Source: Burkholderiales bacterium (GTDB lineage Bacteria > Pseudomonadota > Gammaproteobacteria > Burkholderiales > JAHFRG01). From it: a stretch of 64,000 nucleotides of DNA. Positions 30,105 to 40,024 of the stretch are shown here, piece after piece. Under the pieces are notes generated by a model. The model was not told where the DNA came from. It ran no database searches and was given only the letters and a program-made list of their open reading frames with translations. Numbering within the stretch: position 1 is the first letter of the stretch; each line of letters opens with the position of its first letter. Position numbers and translations under genes: made by a program. The stretch is taken from the NCBI GenBank assembly GCA_035624615.1, contig DASPRE010000054.1, positions 9,584-73,583 of the forward strand, read 5' to 3'.

Positions 30105-30880
30105 TTCGCAACCCCCCGCAGCACATCGGGCGCGAATTTGGAGGCCACGATGATGGTAGTCAGCGTCAGCAGCATCAGCAGGGTGGAGACAGCGTTTACT
30201 TCGGGCGTCACCGCGATCTTGATCATCGAGTAAATCTGCAGCGGCAGCGTAGTGACTCCCACGCCCACAGTGAAGAATGTAATCACGAAATCATCGATCG
30301 AAAGGGTAAATGACATCAACGTGCCAGCGATCACCCCGGGCATAATCAGCGGAAATGTGACCAGTTTGAATGTTTGCCACGGGGTGGCGCCGAGATCACG
30401 CGCCGCCTCAAAAATGCTCTCATCCATTCCGGCCAGCCGCGCTCGCACCACGATGGCGACAAAGCCGATGCAGAATGTGATGTGCGCTATGATGATCGAC
30501 AGCATGCCCAACGTCAGGTTCATCACCTGGATGAAAAACAGCAGCAGGGAAACGCCCAACAAAATTTCCGGCATTGCTACCGGCGTGATCACCATAAACG
30601 GCAGGAGTTTCGGCTTATAGCGGTGGATGGCGATTCCCGCCATGGTGCCCAAAGCAGTGGCAACGAGGCTGGAAACGATTGCGATAGTAAGCGAATTGAC
30701 CGCCGCGCCGATCATCTGGCTGTCGTTGAACAGTACGCGATACCAGCTAAGTGTGAAACCCACCCATTCAGCATTCAGCCGCGAGTCGTTGAAGGAATAG
30801 ACCACGACGATGATAAGCGGCACGTAAAGAAACGCATACACTAGGACTGAGGCCGACCACAGCCAGGAACTTTTAGGCAT
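30101..30880 (-). CDS. Polyamine ABC transporter permease (PotC-like)
   Basis: 259 aa, 6 TM segments, EAA-like loop (FEAARDLGATPWQTFKLVTFPL). Confidence 0.85.
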   Translation of the reverse strand: MPKSSWLWSASVLVYAFLYVPLIIVVVYSFNDSRLNAEWVGFTLSWYRVLFNDSQMIGAAVNSLTIAIVSSLVATALGTMAGIAIHRYKPKLLPFMVITPVAMPEILLGVSLLLFFIQVMNLTLGMLSIIIAHITFCIGFVAIVVRARLAGMDESIFEAARDLGATPWQTFKLVTFPLIMPGVIAGTLMSFTLSIDDFVITFFTVGVGVTTLPLQIYSMIKIAVTPEVNAVSTLLMLLTLTTIIVASKFAPDVLRGVAK

Positions 30881-31772
30881 TTCTTACTCCTCGACGGCTG
30901 ATCAACATCGTGATGCCTGCAAGCATCAGCACTGCGACAGTGAGCATGATGGAAAGCGTGCTGCCAAACGGCCAGTCGCGAGTTCCAAGGAACTGGTCTT
31001 TTATGAGGTTGCCGATCAGAATGTCGCCGGTGCCCCCCAGGATGTCGGGAACAGCAAACATGCCGAGCACCGGGATGAATACCAGAGCGGATCCGGAATA
31101 CACGCCGGGGAGAGACAGTGGCCAAGTGACCTTCCAAAACCTGTTCCACGCGTTCGCGCCGAGATCCTGGGCAGCGTCAAGCAGTACTGGATCATGTTTT
31201 TCCAGATTGGTGTATAGCGGCAGCACCATAAACGGTAGGTGCACGTATACCATGCCTACCAGGACTGCGAAGGGTGAAAACAAAAGTGGCACTGGCGCAA
31301 TGCCGAACCATCCAAGGGCATGATTGACCGCAAGGCTGAAGGCCGACTGCGGGCCCAGAATAATCATCCAAGCGTAAACGCGGATCAAGAAATTGCTTGC
31401 GAAAGGTAATATCACCAACAGTACCATAAAGTCGCGGTGCTTCTTTGGACTGTGCGCGATCAGCAACGCCAGCGGGTAAGCCATCAGCAGACAAATGAGG
31501 GTGCTTGCCATTGCGACGCCGAAAGATTTTATGAAAATCTGGGTGTAAATGAAATCGCTGAAGAAGAACTTGTAAGTTTCCACCGTGAGCCCGGTTTCCT
31601 TGCCTGAAACGCCTCCGAATATCGGAGCAAGCCCGCCGTAGTCACCGGGGTAGCGGAAAGAGGCAACCAGGATGATGATGCTGGGAAGCAAAAAGAACAT
31701 CGTTAGGTAAAGAAAGGGCGGCCCGCTGACCAGCCACTTGGTAATTCGTTCCGAGGTCAAGAATTTATTCAT
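30873..31772 (-). CDS. Polyamine ABC transporter permease (PotB-like)
   Basis: 299 aa, with the loop LLDAAQDLGANAWNRFWKVTWPL. It overlaps neighbours on both sides, consistent with an operon. Confidence 0.85.
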   Translation of the reverse strand: MNKFLTSERITKWLVSGPPFLYLTMFFLLPSIIILVASFRYPGDYGGLAPIFGGVSGKETGLTVETYKFFFSDFIYTQIFIKSFGVAMASTLICLLMAYPLALLIAHSPKKHRDFMVLLVILPFASNFLIRVYAWMIILGPQSAFSLAVNHALGWFGIAPVPLLFSPFAVLVGMVYVHLPFMVLPLYTNLEKHDPVLLDAAQDLGANAWNRFWKVTWPLSLPGVYSGSALVFIPVLGMFAVPDILGGTGDILIGNLIKDQFLGTRDWPFGSTLSIMLTVAVLMLAGITMLISRRGVRNA

Positions 31773-32850
31773 TCAGAAATAATCCTGCGTCCTTCGGCCA
31801 TGCGACCTCGACCTTGTCCCCGGTTTCGAAAAATTTACCGCGCCCCGGTGCCGAATTAGGCAGCAGCGCCTCGATGCGGGCCCCGTTATTGAGATCAACG
31901 ATATAAGTGGTGATATCGCCCACATACAGCAAATCGCGCACTTTTCCGGGAAAGTGGTTCTCGCCCGCGACCTCTTCGATTTTGGCGGCGATGCGCACTT
32001 GTTCCGGCCGCAGAGCCAGAAAACCTTTTTGGCCCGGCGCGGCACCACTTTTGGCGGGCGCCCGCACTTCTCCCATGCCCGGGATACCGAGGCGCAGATA
32101 ATCGGGACTCGTCCCCAGTACTTCCGCGTGCAGCATGTTGATACGGCCGATGAAGTCGGCAACAAAACGGTTTGCGGGAAAACTGTAAATTTTAGAGGGC
32201 ACATCCATCTGCTCGATCCTGCCGGCGTTCATTACCGCGATCCGATGTGAAAGCGCAAGCGCTTCAGCCTGCGAATGAGTCACAAATACGAACGTAATAC
32301 CGACATCGCGCTGCAAGGTTATGAGCTCGATTTGCATCTCCTCGCGCAGCTTAGCATCCAGCGCGCCCAGCGGCTCATCGAGCATCAACAGGCGTGGACG
32401 GTTGACCAGGCCACGAGCGAGCGCGACGCGCTGCTTCTGGCCTCCGGAAAGTTCATGCGGGAAACTTCCACCTTTATCAGAAAGATGAACCTGTTCCAGC
32501 GCCTCTTTAACTTTGACCGCTATTTCATCTGGGCTTTTCCCCGCCATTTTCAGCGGGAAAGAAACATTGCCGGCAACGGTCATGTGTGGAAACAGCGCGT
32601 AACTCTGAAAAACGGTATGTATCGGACGCTTCTCCGGCGGCGTGCCCACGAGGTCCTTGCCGTCGAGCAAAATCTGTCCACCATCCGGCAGGTCGAATCC
32701 TGCGATCATTCGAAGCAACGTGGTTTTGCCACATCCGGAAGGTCCGAGCAGGGTAAAGAATTCTCCTGCCTCAATATCGATGCTGACGTTGTCCACTGCC
32801 ACCAGGTCGCCGAAACGGCGGGTAACATTGCGGATTTCTAGAAGCGCCAT
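31765..32850 (-). CDS. Polyamine ABC transporter ATP-binding protein (PotA-like)
   Basis: Walker A GPSGCGKTT, signature LSGGQKQRVALARG, Walker B LLMLDEP, and a C-terminal TOBE-like domain. Confidence 0.9.
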   Translation of the reverse strand: MALLEIRNVTRRFGDLVAVDNVSIDIEAGEFFTLLGPSGCGKTTLLRMIAGFDLPDGGQILLDGKDLVGTPPEKRPIHTVFQSYALFPHMTVAGNVSFPLKMAGKSPDEIAVKVKEALEQVHLSDKGGSFPHELSGGQKQRVALARGLVNRPRLLMLDEPLGALDAKLREEMQIELITLQRDVGITFVFVTHSQAEALALSHRIAVMNAGRIEQMDVPSKIYSFPANRFVADFIGRINMLHAEVLGTSPDYLRLGIPGMGEVRAPAKSGAAPGQKGFLALRPEQVRIAAKIEEVAGENHFPGKVRDLLYVGDITTYIVDLNNGARIEALLPNSAPGRGKFFETGDKVEVAWPKDAGLFLNE

Positions 32851-32967
32851 GTAAAGTCCAGGCGATAAAAACCGGTTATTCTAGCAAATATGAAAAAGAT
32901 TGGAATCGAGTTGCCGGAGACAATCCTGGTCAACGCGCCGCTGTTGAAACCGTCGCGAAGCCGGCGT

Positions 32968-34485
32968 TCAGGTGTACAAAATAGCGACGGCCAGCATGGT
33001 GGCGAGCAATGCGGCGATAACCGACAACCATTTGTTTTGCTCTTTGTATTCAGTGCGCAACTGCTGCAGTTCCTGTTTCAGCGCCTGAATGCGGTCTTCG
33101 GTAAGCGCACGATGAATGAGGCGAGGCAGTTGTGGCAGCAGCGTGCCCCAGTAGGGCGCTTCCTGGCGAATGCGGCGCAACAGACCGCGCCAGCCCACTT
33201 GTTCGCTCATCCACCGCTCGAGGAAAGGCTTCGCGGTTTTCCATACGTCGAGGTTGGGATCAAGCTCGCGCCCGAGCCCTTCTATATTTAACAGGGTCTT
33301 TTGCAGTAGTACCAGCTGCGGTTGAATTTCCACGTTGAAGCGGCGCGCAGCCTGGAACAAATTTAACAGCAGCTTGCCAAAAGAAATATCCTTGAGCGGC
33401 CTGTCGAAAATCGGTTCGCATACGGCGCGAATGGCGGCCTCGAATTCGTCCACCCGTGTTTCCTTCGGAATCCAGCCCGATTCGATGTGTGCCTGCGCAA
33501 CCCGCTTGTAGTCGCGGCGGAAAAATGCGAGGAAATTCTGCGCAAGGTAATTCTTGTCAACATCGTCGAGCGTGCCCATGATTCCAAAATCGAGAGCAAC
33601 GTATTCCCCTTGCGGCGTGACAAAAATATTTCCCGGATGCATATCGGCATGAAAAAAGCCGTCTCGCAAAACTTGGGTGAAGAATATTTCAACGCCGGCG
33701 CGAGCCAGTTTTGGAATATTCACGCCCTGTTTCCGCAGTGCCTCGACCTGGCTGATTGGCGTACCCTGCATGCGCTGCATAACCATAACCTCGGTTGAGC
33801 AATAGTCCCAATACACTTCGGGAATCCGCAACAGCGGAGAATTTTCAAAATTGCGACGCAGTTGGCTGGCGTTGGCCGCTTCGTGCATAAGGTCCAATTC
33901 ATGGTACAGATGTTTCTCAAATTCTGCGACCACTTCATGCGGCTTCAGGCGCTTGCCTTCAGCCCACAGCGTTTCAATTAGCGACGCCCCGATATCCAGC
34001 AACGCCAAATCCTTGGCGATTACGGCAGCGATACCGGGGCGCAGAATTTTGACCGCGACCTCGGTGCCGTTCTCGAGCACCGCAAAGTGTACTTGCGCCA
34101 CGGACGCGCTTGCTACCGGTTGCGCGTCGAATTTCTGAAACACCAGGTCCAAGGGTTTGCCGTACACTCTCTCCAAGGTGGAAATCGCTTCCGCGGATGG
34201 GAAGGGAGGAACTTGGTCCTGGAGTTTCGCGAGCTCATCCGCGATATCCGCAGGAAGCAAGTCGCGACGCGTGGACAGCACCTGTCCAAATTTGACGAAG
34301 ATTGGCCCCAGTGCTTCCAGCGCCAGACGCAGCCGTTCGGCGCGCGGCTTTCTGAGAGTCCGCCAGAATAGCAAAACTCTGAGCAGCACGCGCAAAGTGC
34401 GCACGCGTTCGTGCCCGAGAAAAAACTCATCGAGGCCGAAGCGCAGACTGACGCCGATGATTTTGAGGAAGCGGAGTAACCGCAT
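32968..34485 (-). CDS. ubiB: Ubiquinone biosynthesis regulatory kinase-like protein UbiB (ABC1 family)
   Basis: 505 aa; [31 protein letters not shown] and two C-terminal TM segments. Confidence 0.92.
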   Translation of the reverse strand: MRLLRFLKIIGVSLRFGLDEFFLGHERVRTLRVLLRVLLFWRTLRKPRAERLRLALEALGPIFVKFGQVLSTRRDLLPADIADELAKLQDQVPPFPSAEAISTLERVYGKPLDLVFQKFDAQPVASASVAQVHFAVLENGTEVAVKILRPGIAAVIAKDLALLDIGASLIETLWAEGKRLKPHEVVAEFEKHLYHELDLMHEAANASQLRRNFENSPLLRIPEVYWDYCSTEVMVMQRMQGTPISQVEALRKQGVNIPKLARAGVEIFFTQVLRDGFFHADMHPGNIFVTPQGEYVALDFGIMGTLDDVDKNYLAQNFLAFFRRDYKRVAQAHIESGWIPKETRVDEFEAAIRAVCEPIFDRPLKDISFGKLLLNLFQAARRFNVEIQPQLVLLQKTLLNIEGLGRELDPNLDVWKTAKPFLERWMSEQVGWRGLLRRIRQEAPYWGTLLPQLPRLIHRALTEDRIQALKQELQQLRTEYKEQNKWLSVIAALLATMLAVAILYT

Positions 34486-34524
34486 GCGCGGATTGTAACC
34501 GCCAGATGCGCGACCGGCTAGTTG

Positions 34525-35082
34525 TCAGCGGGAGATATTTTGCAGCCGCTTTTCCAGGCGCTCGACATCATCGCGTAGGGCATCGACTTCGGCGATGAAT
34601 TGTTTGACGTGCGTGGATTTGGCGATCAGTGGGCGTTCTTCAGTCCAGTATTCCGAAAAAGAGTGGCTAAAGCTGTCAAACGTTTGTCGGCCCCAAGTGC
34701 CGAAGCTTTTGACAGTGCTGACCATGCGCCGTGCAGCGATATCACCCAAGATATGGCTTAGATCTTCCTCCGCATCCCAGCCCAGGTTTTTCGCGACATA
34801 AGCGATTGCTCCGGCAAATTCGCTGTCTCCGCTGATTTCAACCTGTTTGTACGCGGCCTCGTCGTGCATTAGCAGACGCAACAGCAGCAGCGGGGTTAAG
34901 AAAAATTTCGCGTCAGGCGCCGAATCAGCGGTGGCAGTTGCCGCTTCGCCGCCGGAGGTAATGGTGAAGGACAAAGAAAACGGTGGGATTAGGAAACGAA
35001 CGGTCTTGCCGGCAAAGGGCTTAAGTCGTTCGCGCGACCAGGTTTCGCCACGCAACAGGTGATTCAGCGCCCCGTGCAGCAT
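34525..35082 (-). CDS. ubiJ: Ubiquinone biosynthesis accessory factor UbiJ (SCP2 domain)
   Basis: 185 aa; N-terminal SCP2-like region (NHLLRGETWSRERLKPFAGKTVRF). It sits directly upstream of ubiB. Confidence 0.75.
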   Translation of the reverse strand: MLHGALNHLLRGETWSRERLKPFAGKTVRFLIPPFSLSFTITSGGEAATATADSAPDAKFFLTPLLLLRLLMHDEAAYKQVEISGDSEFAGAIAYVAKNLGWDAEEDLSHILGDIAARRMVSTVKSFGTWGRQTFDSFSHSFSEYWTEERPLIAKSTHVKQFIAEVDALRDDVERLEKRLQNISR

Positions 35083-35091
35083 GTTTAGCAG

Positions 35092-35925
35092 TCAGCGAAC
35101 ATGATGGATGCCGGTAAGCAGCCAGACCGATTTGGGGTCGTTCAAAGATTTCTGCACGTTCCAGATTTCATAGAACGGCCGGGCTGGCGCGCTGGCCGCT
35201 TTACGGCTTAGCCCGCTGAAGCGCACGCTGGCATTGGCTATATTGCCGTCGATCGCGAGTTCCAACAATTCGGCATCCAGCGTGAGGATATCGGTTTTCT
35301 GCCGCTGGTCGCCGCGCGCTGCGATTTGTCTGCTCAAATCATGGAATGCTTGGAGTGTCGCGTAGTCGCGGATCACATCAAGATCCTTGGCATCAATTGC
35401 CGCTAGCAGGCGGGAAAAGCCTTCCTTGGCGTTGCGCAGGAAAGGGTCGATTTCGAAACCAATCGGATACGGTGTGGGCCGCGTGGTGCCGCCGAACATT
35501 CTGGCGGGCGGCGAGGGAGTAGTTTCAGCCCCCAGCGACGCGTACTGCATCGTTTCATTTATCGGCTTCTTGCGCATCACGCGGAATAGGAAGAACCCAG
35601 TGCTGAACAATAGCGCAAGCATCGCGAAGTCAGCAAAGCGAATTCGATCGAAAGCGGCTCCGGTTAATAGCGCTGCGACCAATCCGCCAGCCGTCAATCC
35701 TGAAAGGGGCCGGGTTTGCTCTGCTGGAGCAGGTATGGGCACGGGGGGCTGGATCGGACGAGGGGGAAGCGGAGTGGCGTGCTGCCTTGCCGGATTATGC
35801 CGTTTGCCGATGCTGTTCCCGTTGCCGAGGTGCTTGGTGGCGTGAGCGTCAAAACCAGCAAGTCCGAGACCTAACACGGCTAGGAACAGCAGCAGGGCCG
35901 ATTTATTTAAGGCGCTTTGACTCAT
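35092..35925 (-). CDS. Tim44-like domain-containing membrane protein
   Basis: Signal/TM segment, a Pro-rich linker, and a C-terminal Tim44-like domain (FLRNAKEGFSRLLAAIDAKDLDVIRDYATLQAF...WLLTGI). This is the usual position between ubiE and ubiJ in betaproteobacteria. Confidence 0.75.
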   Translation of the reverse strand: MSQSALNKSALLLFLAVLGLGLAGFDAHATKHLGNGNSIGKRHNPARQHATPLPPRPIQPPVPIPAPAEQTRPLSGLTAGGLVAALLTGAAFDRIRFADFAMLALLFSTGFFLFRVMRKKPINETMQYASLGAETTPSPPARMFGGTTRPTPYPIGFEIDPFLRNAKEGFSRLLAAIDAKDLDVIRDYATLQAFHDLSRQIAARGDQRQKTDILTLDAELLELAIDGNIANASVRFSGLSRKAASAPARPFYEIWNVQKSLNDPKSVWLLTGIHHVR

Positions 35926-35927
35926 AT

Positions 35928-37169
35928 TCAGGATTCTATCACTTGGAATTCGGGCCGAATATCGAATTGCAAATATCGTTGGGCTGATCTTACGAAAGAT
36001 TCAGCCTCCTGCGGGCTCTTGCCGCTCGCGAAAATGAAGCCGAGGTAACTCGCTCCTTCAGGGGGCGGGGTAACAATATGCCCGATTTCAGCGGTAATCT
36101 GGATATCGGTGATACCCGCCAATTTCACGGCAAGGTCAAGATTGTGCGCACCCTGGTATATCCCGCGGGTGGGAATGGGTATCATCATCACCGCTACAGA
36201 TTTTTCAGGACTAAACGCTGGCAATGGTTCGCCCAACGCTTGGCGCAAAATCAGTTCCTCGATGCTCATTCCCAGCCAGTGGCGCAGCACGCGGCCGCAC
36301 AAGCCACCGATTGAACGTGCCGCTATTTCCAGAAGCCAAATGCCCGAGCTGTTTACGCGCATCTCAGCATGCACTGGGCCGGCGGTGAGTCCCGCGATCC
36401 CGCAGGCGCACTGAACCGTGTGCCGTATTTGATCCTGCGTGTCTTGCGGAAGGCGGGAAGGAGCCACGTAAACTGTTTCCTCGAAGTAGGGCCCGTCCAG
36501 CGGATCAGGCTTGTCGAATAGCGCCAGGGTCTTGAGACGGCCGTTTTCCAATATGCCCTCAAGGGCGTATTCCATGCCCGGAATGAAGCTTTCAATAATT
36601 ATCCCTAGCGCTTTCGCATCGCGGTCGGCTTTATTCTGGATTGCGCGCACCCGGCTTACCGCCTGCAGGTATTGCAGCGGATCGTCGGCACGGATTACGC
36701 CCCGGCTTGCCGAGAGCCTTCTTGCTTTGACTACTACCGGGAAATGCAGCCTGGGAATCAGGGCAGCGGAGTCTGTATTGTCCTGCAAATGGTGAAATTC
36801 AGGACAGTTGTATCCATTTGAGCTCAGCAGCTTGCGGAATTCCAGTTTGTCGCGCAGCGCTCGCACCGCCTCAGGTTTGTTTCCATTTAGCCCAAGGCGT
36901 TCATTGAGCAATGCGGCAAGCTCGAGGCCGTGATCATCCACTGCCAGTACGGCATCGACCCGGCGCGTGAGGGACTGCAAAATAATTTCACCTGCCTGTT
37001 CGGGCCTGTCGAATTGCACCGACATGATCGGAGCTAACCCCCATTGTGGCGCCAGTTGATGGCAGTAATCGGCTGCGCTGATGATCTCAACATTGAGCAC
37101 TTCGGCAGCCGCGAGGAAATCGTTGTTGCGGTAAGAAGTGGTGGGGAGAAGGAGGAGCATCTGCCTCAT
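35928..37169 (-). CDS. ATP-grasp domain-containing ligase (substrate unknown)
   Basis: About 413 aa with pre-ATP-grasp and ATP-grasp features (VVVKARRLSASRGVIRADD..., IIESFIPGMEYALEGI, LLEIAARSIGG). Start at ATG 37169, with alternatives at 37160 and 37202. The stop lies 2 nt before the Tim44-like ATG. Confidence 0.8.
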   Translation of the reverse strand: MRQMLLLLPTTSYRNNDFLAAAEVLNVEIISAADYCHQLAPQWGLAPIMSVQFDRPEQAGEIILQSLTRRVDAVLAVDDHGLELAALLNERLGLNGNKPEAVRALRDKLEFRKLLSSNGYNCPEFHHLQDNTDSAALIPRLHFPVVVKARRLSASRGVIRADDPLQYLQAVSRVRAIQNKADRDAKALGIIIESFIPGMEYALEGILENGRLKTLALFDKPDPLDGPYFEETVYVAPSRLPQDTQDQIRHTVQCACGIAGLTAGPVHAEMRVNSSGIWLLEIAARSIGGLCGRVLRHWLGMSIEELILRQALGEPLPAFSPEKSVAVMMIPIPTRGIYQGAHNLDLAVKLAGITDIQITAEIGHIVTPPPEGASYLGFIFASGKSPQEAESFVRSAQRYLQFDIRPEFQVIES

Positions 37170-37215
37170 TTTTCGAATCCCAAACTGCCGAGGCGCGAAC
37201 ACACCGGGCTAGGTG

Positions 37216-38661
37216 TTAAAAACTCTGCAGCTGCTGATGGGTTGGTTCGGCACAGCAATACCAAGGCTCCGATAGCCGGGGAATTGAAATTTGATTTTTT
37301 GATTCAGGCAAAGCGGAGGCCGGAATGCCCAGCGCGCTGTGCGCCATTTGCCAGATGCGTTCAAATATTTCGCCACGAGGCAACTTATTTGATTGTTCAA
37401 CCATCGATTGCGTCTCGTATTGCAAACGGTCTACCCGTGGGTCTCGATGCTGCCACGGATAACCCAGAAGAACCGGGTCGAAATCACCGATCAGATCGCG
37501 GAAACCCGGCAATTGCAGCAGATATGATCCTGCGGGGATCAACAGGCGAAGGGAGAGTTGCACCGGCGGCACACTCTCCACGAGATCAAGATCGGCGATG
37601 CGCCGCAACAGTTCGATATATCCTTCGAGAGTCGTCCACGGAGTGAATGCGACAAAAGTCGGGGCGAAAGCAATGCCGACATGGTGCATCAGCGCCACCA
37701 CGCGGTTGAAATCCTCGCTTGAGTGGTTTTTTGCCAAGTATTCCAGGACACGGTCATCTACTGATTCTACTGCCGAAGTGATGAACAGGCAGCCGGTGTT
37801 TTTCAGTTCCGGCAGCAGCCCCGCATTTTCGATAAGATGCTGCACTTTAATGGTGGCGTCATAAGTTACCCCGCGAAATTCACTGTGGAGAGCGCGCGCT
37901 ATTTTCAGGGCATGGGTTGGCCCGTTGAAGAAATCGGGGTCCCCGAAAGAAATGTGTTGCGCGCCCATCGCTATCTGCTGGCGGATATCGGCCAGCACTA
38001 CCTCCGCTGGCACAATGCGGAACCTGCCCTGATACACGGGCACCACGGGGCAATGGCGGCATAGATGCCTGCAGCCCCGGCTGGCTTCAGCAAAGCCAAC
38101 CAGTTTGGATTCCCCGTCCGGAAGCTCCAGCCGGGCGTACCTCTGTAAAACCGGAAGAACTGAACGCTCAGGCAATACGAAACTGATTTTTTTTAGATTG
38201 ACTACCGGCTCGACTTGTTTAGCGTAGACTCGCCCGTTTCTGAGGCGTTGTGCGAGGTTTAGCAGCCCCGGCTCAAATTCACCGCCCAGAACGGTTTGCA
38301 TTCCGAGGCTTTTAAAAAGCAGTTCATTCATGGGTGCATACAAGCCGTAGGCGCACAAATGCGCCTTGGGAGAAAGCTTTTTGATGCGTGGCAGTGCTTC
38401 AATCGCGATGCGCGTTCCGGTATGCATGCCAACGTAAATGGCAACCAGCGATGTTTGCTCCAGCTCCGCCGCGTCGAGTTTTTGCAATGACAGATCAATA
38501 CAGCCCACTTCAAATCCCGCGCGCTTCAGCCATGCTGCCGGCTCAGCCAGCGCGAAGGGTTGTCGCCCCAGCTCGTAAGGGTTGATCAGAACGACTTTGA
38601 ATTTAGCGGCTAAGCGGGATTGCAAGCCGTTGGCATCGATGGGAACAGGATCCACGGTCAA
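37216..38661 (-). CDS. B12-binding-domain radical SAM protein with a C-terminal CCAEP tail
   Basis: N-terminal Rossmann/B12-like region ([15 protein letters not shown]...), radical SAM cluster motif [11 protein letters not shown] (CxxxCxxC), and C-terminus ...[19 protein letters not shown]. The TTG start overlaps the ubiE TGA; an alternative GTG lies at 38655. Confidence 0.85.
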   Translation of the reverse strand: MTVDPVPIDANGLQSRLAAKFKVVLINPYELGRQPFALAEPAAWLKRAGFEVGCIDLSLQKLDAAELEQTSLVAIYVGMHTGTRIAIEALPRIKKLSPKAHLCAYGLYAPMNELLFKSLGMQTVLGGEFEPGLLNLAQRLRNGRVYAKQVEPVVNLKKISFVLPERSVLPVLQRYARLELPDGESKLVGFAEASRGCRHLCRHCPVVPVYQGRFRIVPAEVVLADIRQQIAMGAQHISFGDPDFFNGPTHALKIARALHSEFRGVTYDATIKVQHLIENAGLLPELKNTGCLFITSAVESVDDRVLEYLAKNHSSEDFNRVVALMHHVGIAFAPTFVAFTPWTTLEGYIELLRRIADLDLVESVPPVQLSLRLLIPAGSYLLQLPGFRDLIGDFDPVLLGYPWQHRDPRVDRLQYETQSMVEQSNKLPRGEIFERIWQMAHSALGIPASALPESKNQISIPRLSEPWYCCAEPTHQQLQSF

Positions 38662-39398
38662 TACTTATAGCCGCGATGCAGCGCCACGACTCCGGCGCTG
38701 AGATTAAAATATTCAACGCGCTCGAATCCGGCCTGTTCCATCATCTGTTTCAGTTCCTCCTGCGCGGGATGCATACGGATGGATTCGGCAAGATAGCGGT
38801 AGCTGTCGGCATCGTTGACCACGAGCTTGCCCAGGGCCGGCAATAGCTTGAACGAATATGCATCGTAGAAGGGTTGCAGCGGTTCCCAGATTTTGGAAAA
38901 TTCCAGCACTAAAAGCCGTCCTCCGGGCCTCAACACGCGCAGCATTTCACGAAGCGCCAAATCCTTGTGCGTCATGTTCCTTAGACCAAAAGCAACGCTC
39001 ACGCAATCGAAGTAGTCGCTTGGGAATGGAAGTTTTTCCGCACTGCATTGTGCGGTCGGCAACGTGAGGCCATGATCGAGTAATCGGTCGCGGCCGAGCC
39101 TGAGCATGCTGTTGTTTATATCAGTGAACCATATTGTGCCGCTTTTGCCCACACGCTTGGCGAACAGCAGACTCATATCTGCAGTGCCGCCTGCGATATC
39201 CAGCACACGATCGCCGGTTTTAGTCGCGCTCAATTCGGCGGCAAAACGCTTCCACAGCCGATGCACGCCCAGCGACATCAGGTCATTCATTAAATCGTAG
39301 CGATTCGCCACCGAGTTGAAGACTCCCGCAACCCGAGAGGTTTTTTCCTCCTCAGTGACTTTTTGGAATCCAAAATCGGTAGATTTACTCATAACCAT
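38658..39398 (-). CDS. ubiE: Ubiquinone/menaquinone C-methyltransferase UbiE
   Basis: 246 aa; [43 protein letters not shown] and [11 protein letters not shown] are UbiE hallmarks. Confidence 0.93.
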   Translation of the reverse strand: MVMSKSTDFGFQKVTEEEKTSRVAGVFNSVANRYDLMNDLMSLGVHRLWKRFAAELSATKTGDRVLDIAGGTADMSLLFAKRVGKSGTIWFTDINNSMLRLGRDRLLDHGLTLPTAQCSAEKLPFPSDYFDCVSVAFGLRNMTHKDLALREMLRVLRPGGRLLVLEFSKIWEPLQPFYDAYSFKLLPALGKLVVNDADSYRYLAESIRMHPAQEELKQMMEQAGFERVEYFNLSAGVVALHRGYKY

Positions 39399-39500
39399 TA
39401 TTTAAAAGATCAGCCGTATGAGAATAGCAATGGCCGATAAACGTCCAAGCATTTCGCAATTTCCCGAAAGCCTCGGTTTGCATTGTTTTCCACGCCGTTT

Positions 39501-39911
39501 TTATTTGGATTTAGGGCGCGACTCAAACGCGCCTGCGACGGGCTCGCGACTTGCCCCCGCGCTTTCCATGCGCTGCAAGTATTCCTGCCACATTCTTTCC
39601 TGGTTTTCCCCCAGCATGTACAGGTAATCCCACGAGTATATGCCAGTATCATGTCCATCGGAAAAACAGGGCTGCACTGCATAGCTGCCCACCGGTTCAA
39701 TTCCGGTAATCTCGATGTTTTTCTTACCGGCCTGCAATGTTTCCTGACCGGGTCCGTGGCCGCGTACTTCGGCGGAAGGGGAATATACGCGTAGGAATTC
39801 GTACGGAAGCTGGAAGTTTTTTCCGTCAGAAAATGAGATTTCCATTACCCGTGACTTTTGATGAAGCTTGATTTCAGTCGGGGTTGGAGTGTCTTTGCCG
39901 AGTCCTGCCAT
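39501..39911 (-). CDS. DUF971 (gamma-butyrobetaine hydroxylase-like N-terminal) domain protein
   Basis: 136 aa; FSDGKNFQLPYEFLRVYSPSAEVRGHG...FSDGHDTGIYSWDYL is characteristic of DUF971. This is the usual neighbour upstream of ubiE. Confidence 0.8.
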   Translation of the reverse strand: MAGLGKDTPTPTEIKLHQKSRVMEISFSDGKNFQLPYEFLRVYSPSAEVRGHGPGQETLQAGKKNIEITGIEPVGSYAVQPCFSDGHDTGIYSWDYLYMLGENQERMWQEYLQRMESAGASREPVAGAFESRPKSK

Positions 39912-40024
39912 GATCTTCCCGCACAGAAACCGCCGTTAAATTCAGGAAATCATCATAACCGACTTGGGACAAAACAAAAACCAATGCTAATGAAGTGGTT
40001 TTTCCGAGTTCGTTTTACCTGAGT

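Noticed and set aside
39969-40006. An AT-rich hairpin (AAAAACCA...TGGTTTTT) downstream of the 533-aa gene, considered as a terminator.
   Set aside because: The stem is almost entirely A-U with a 12-nt loop, so it is thermodynamically weak and not convincing as an intrinsic terminator.
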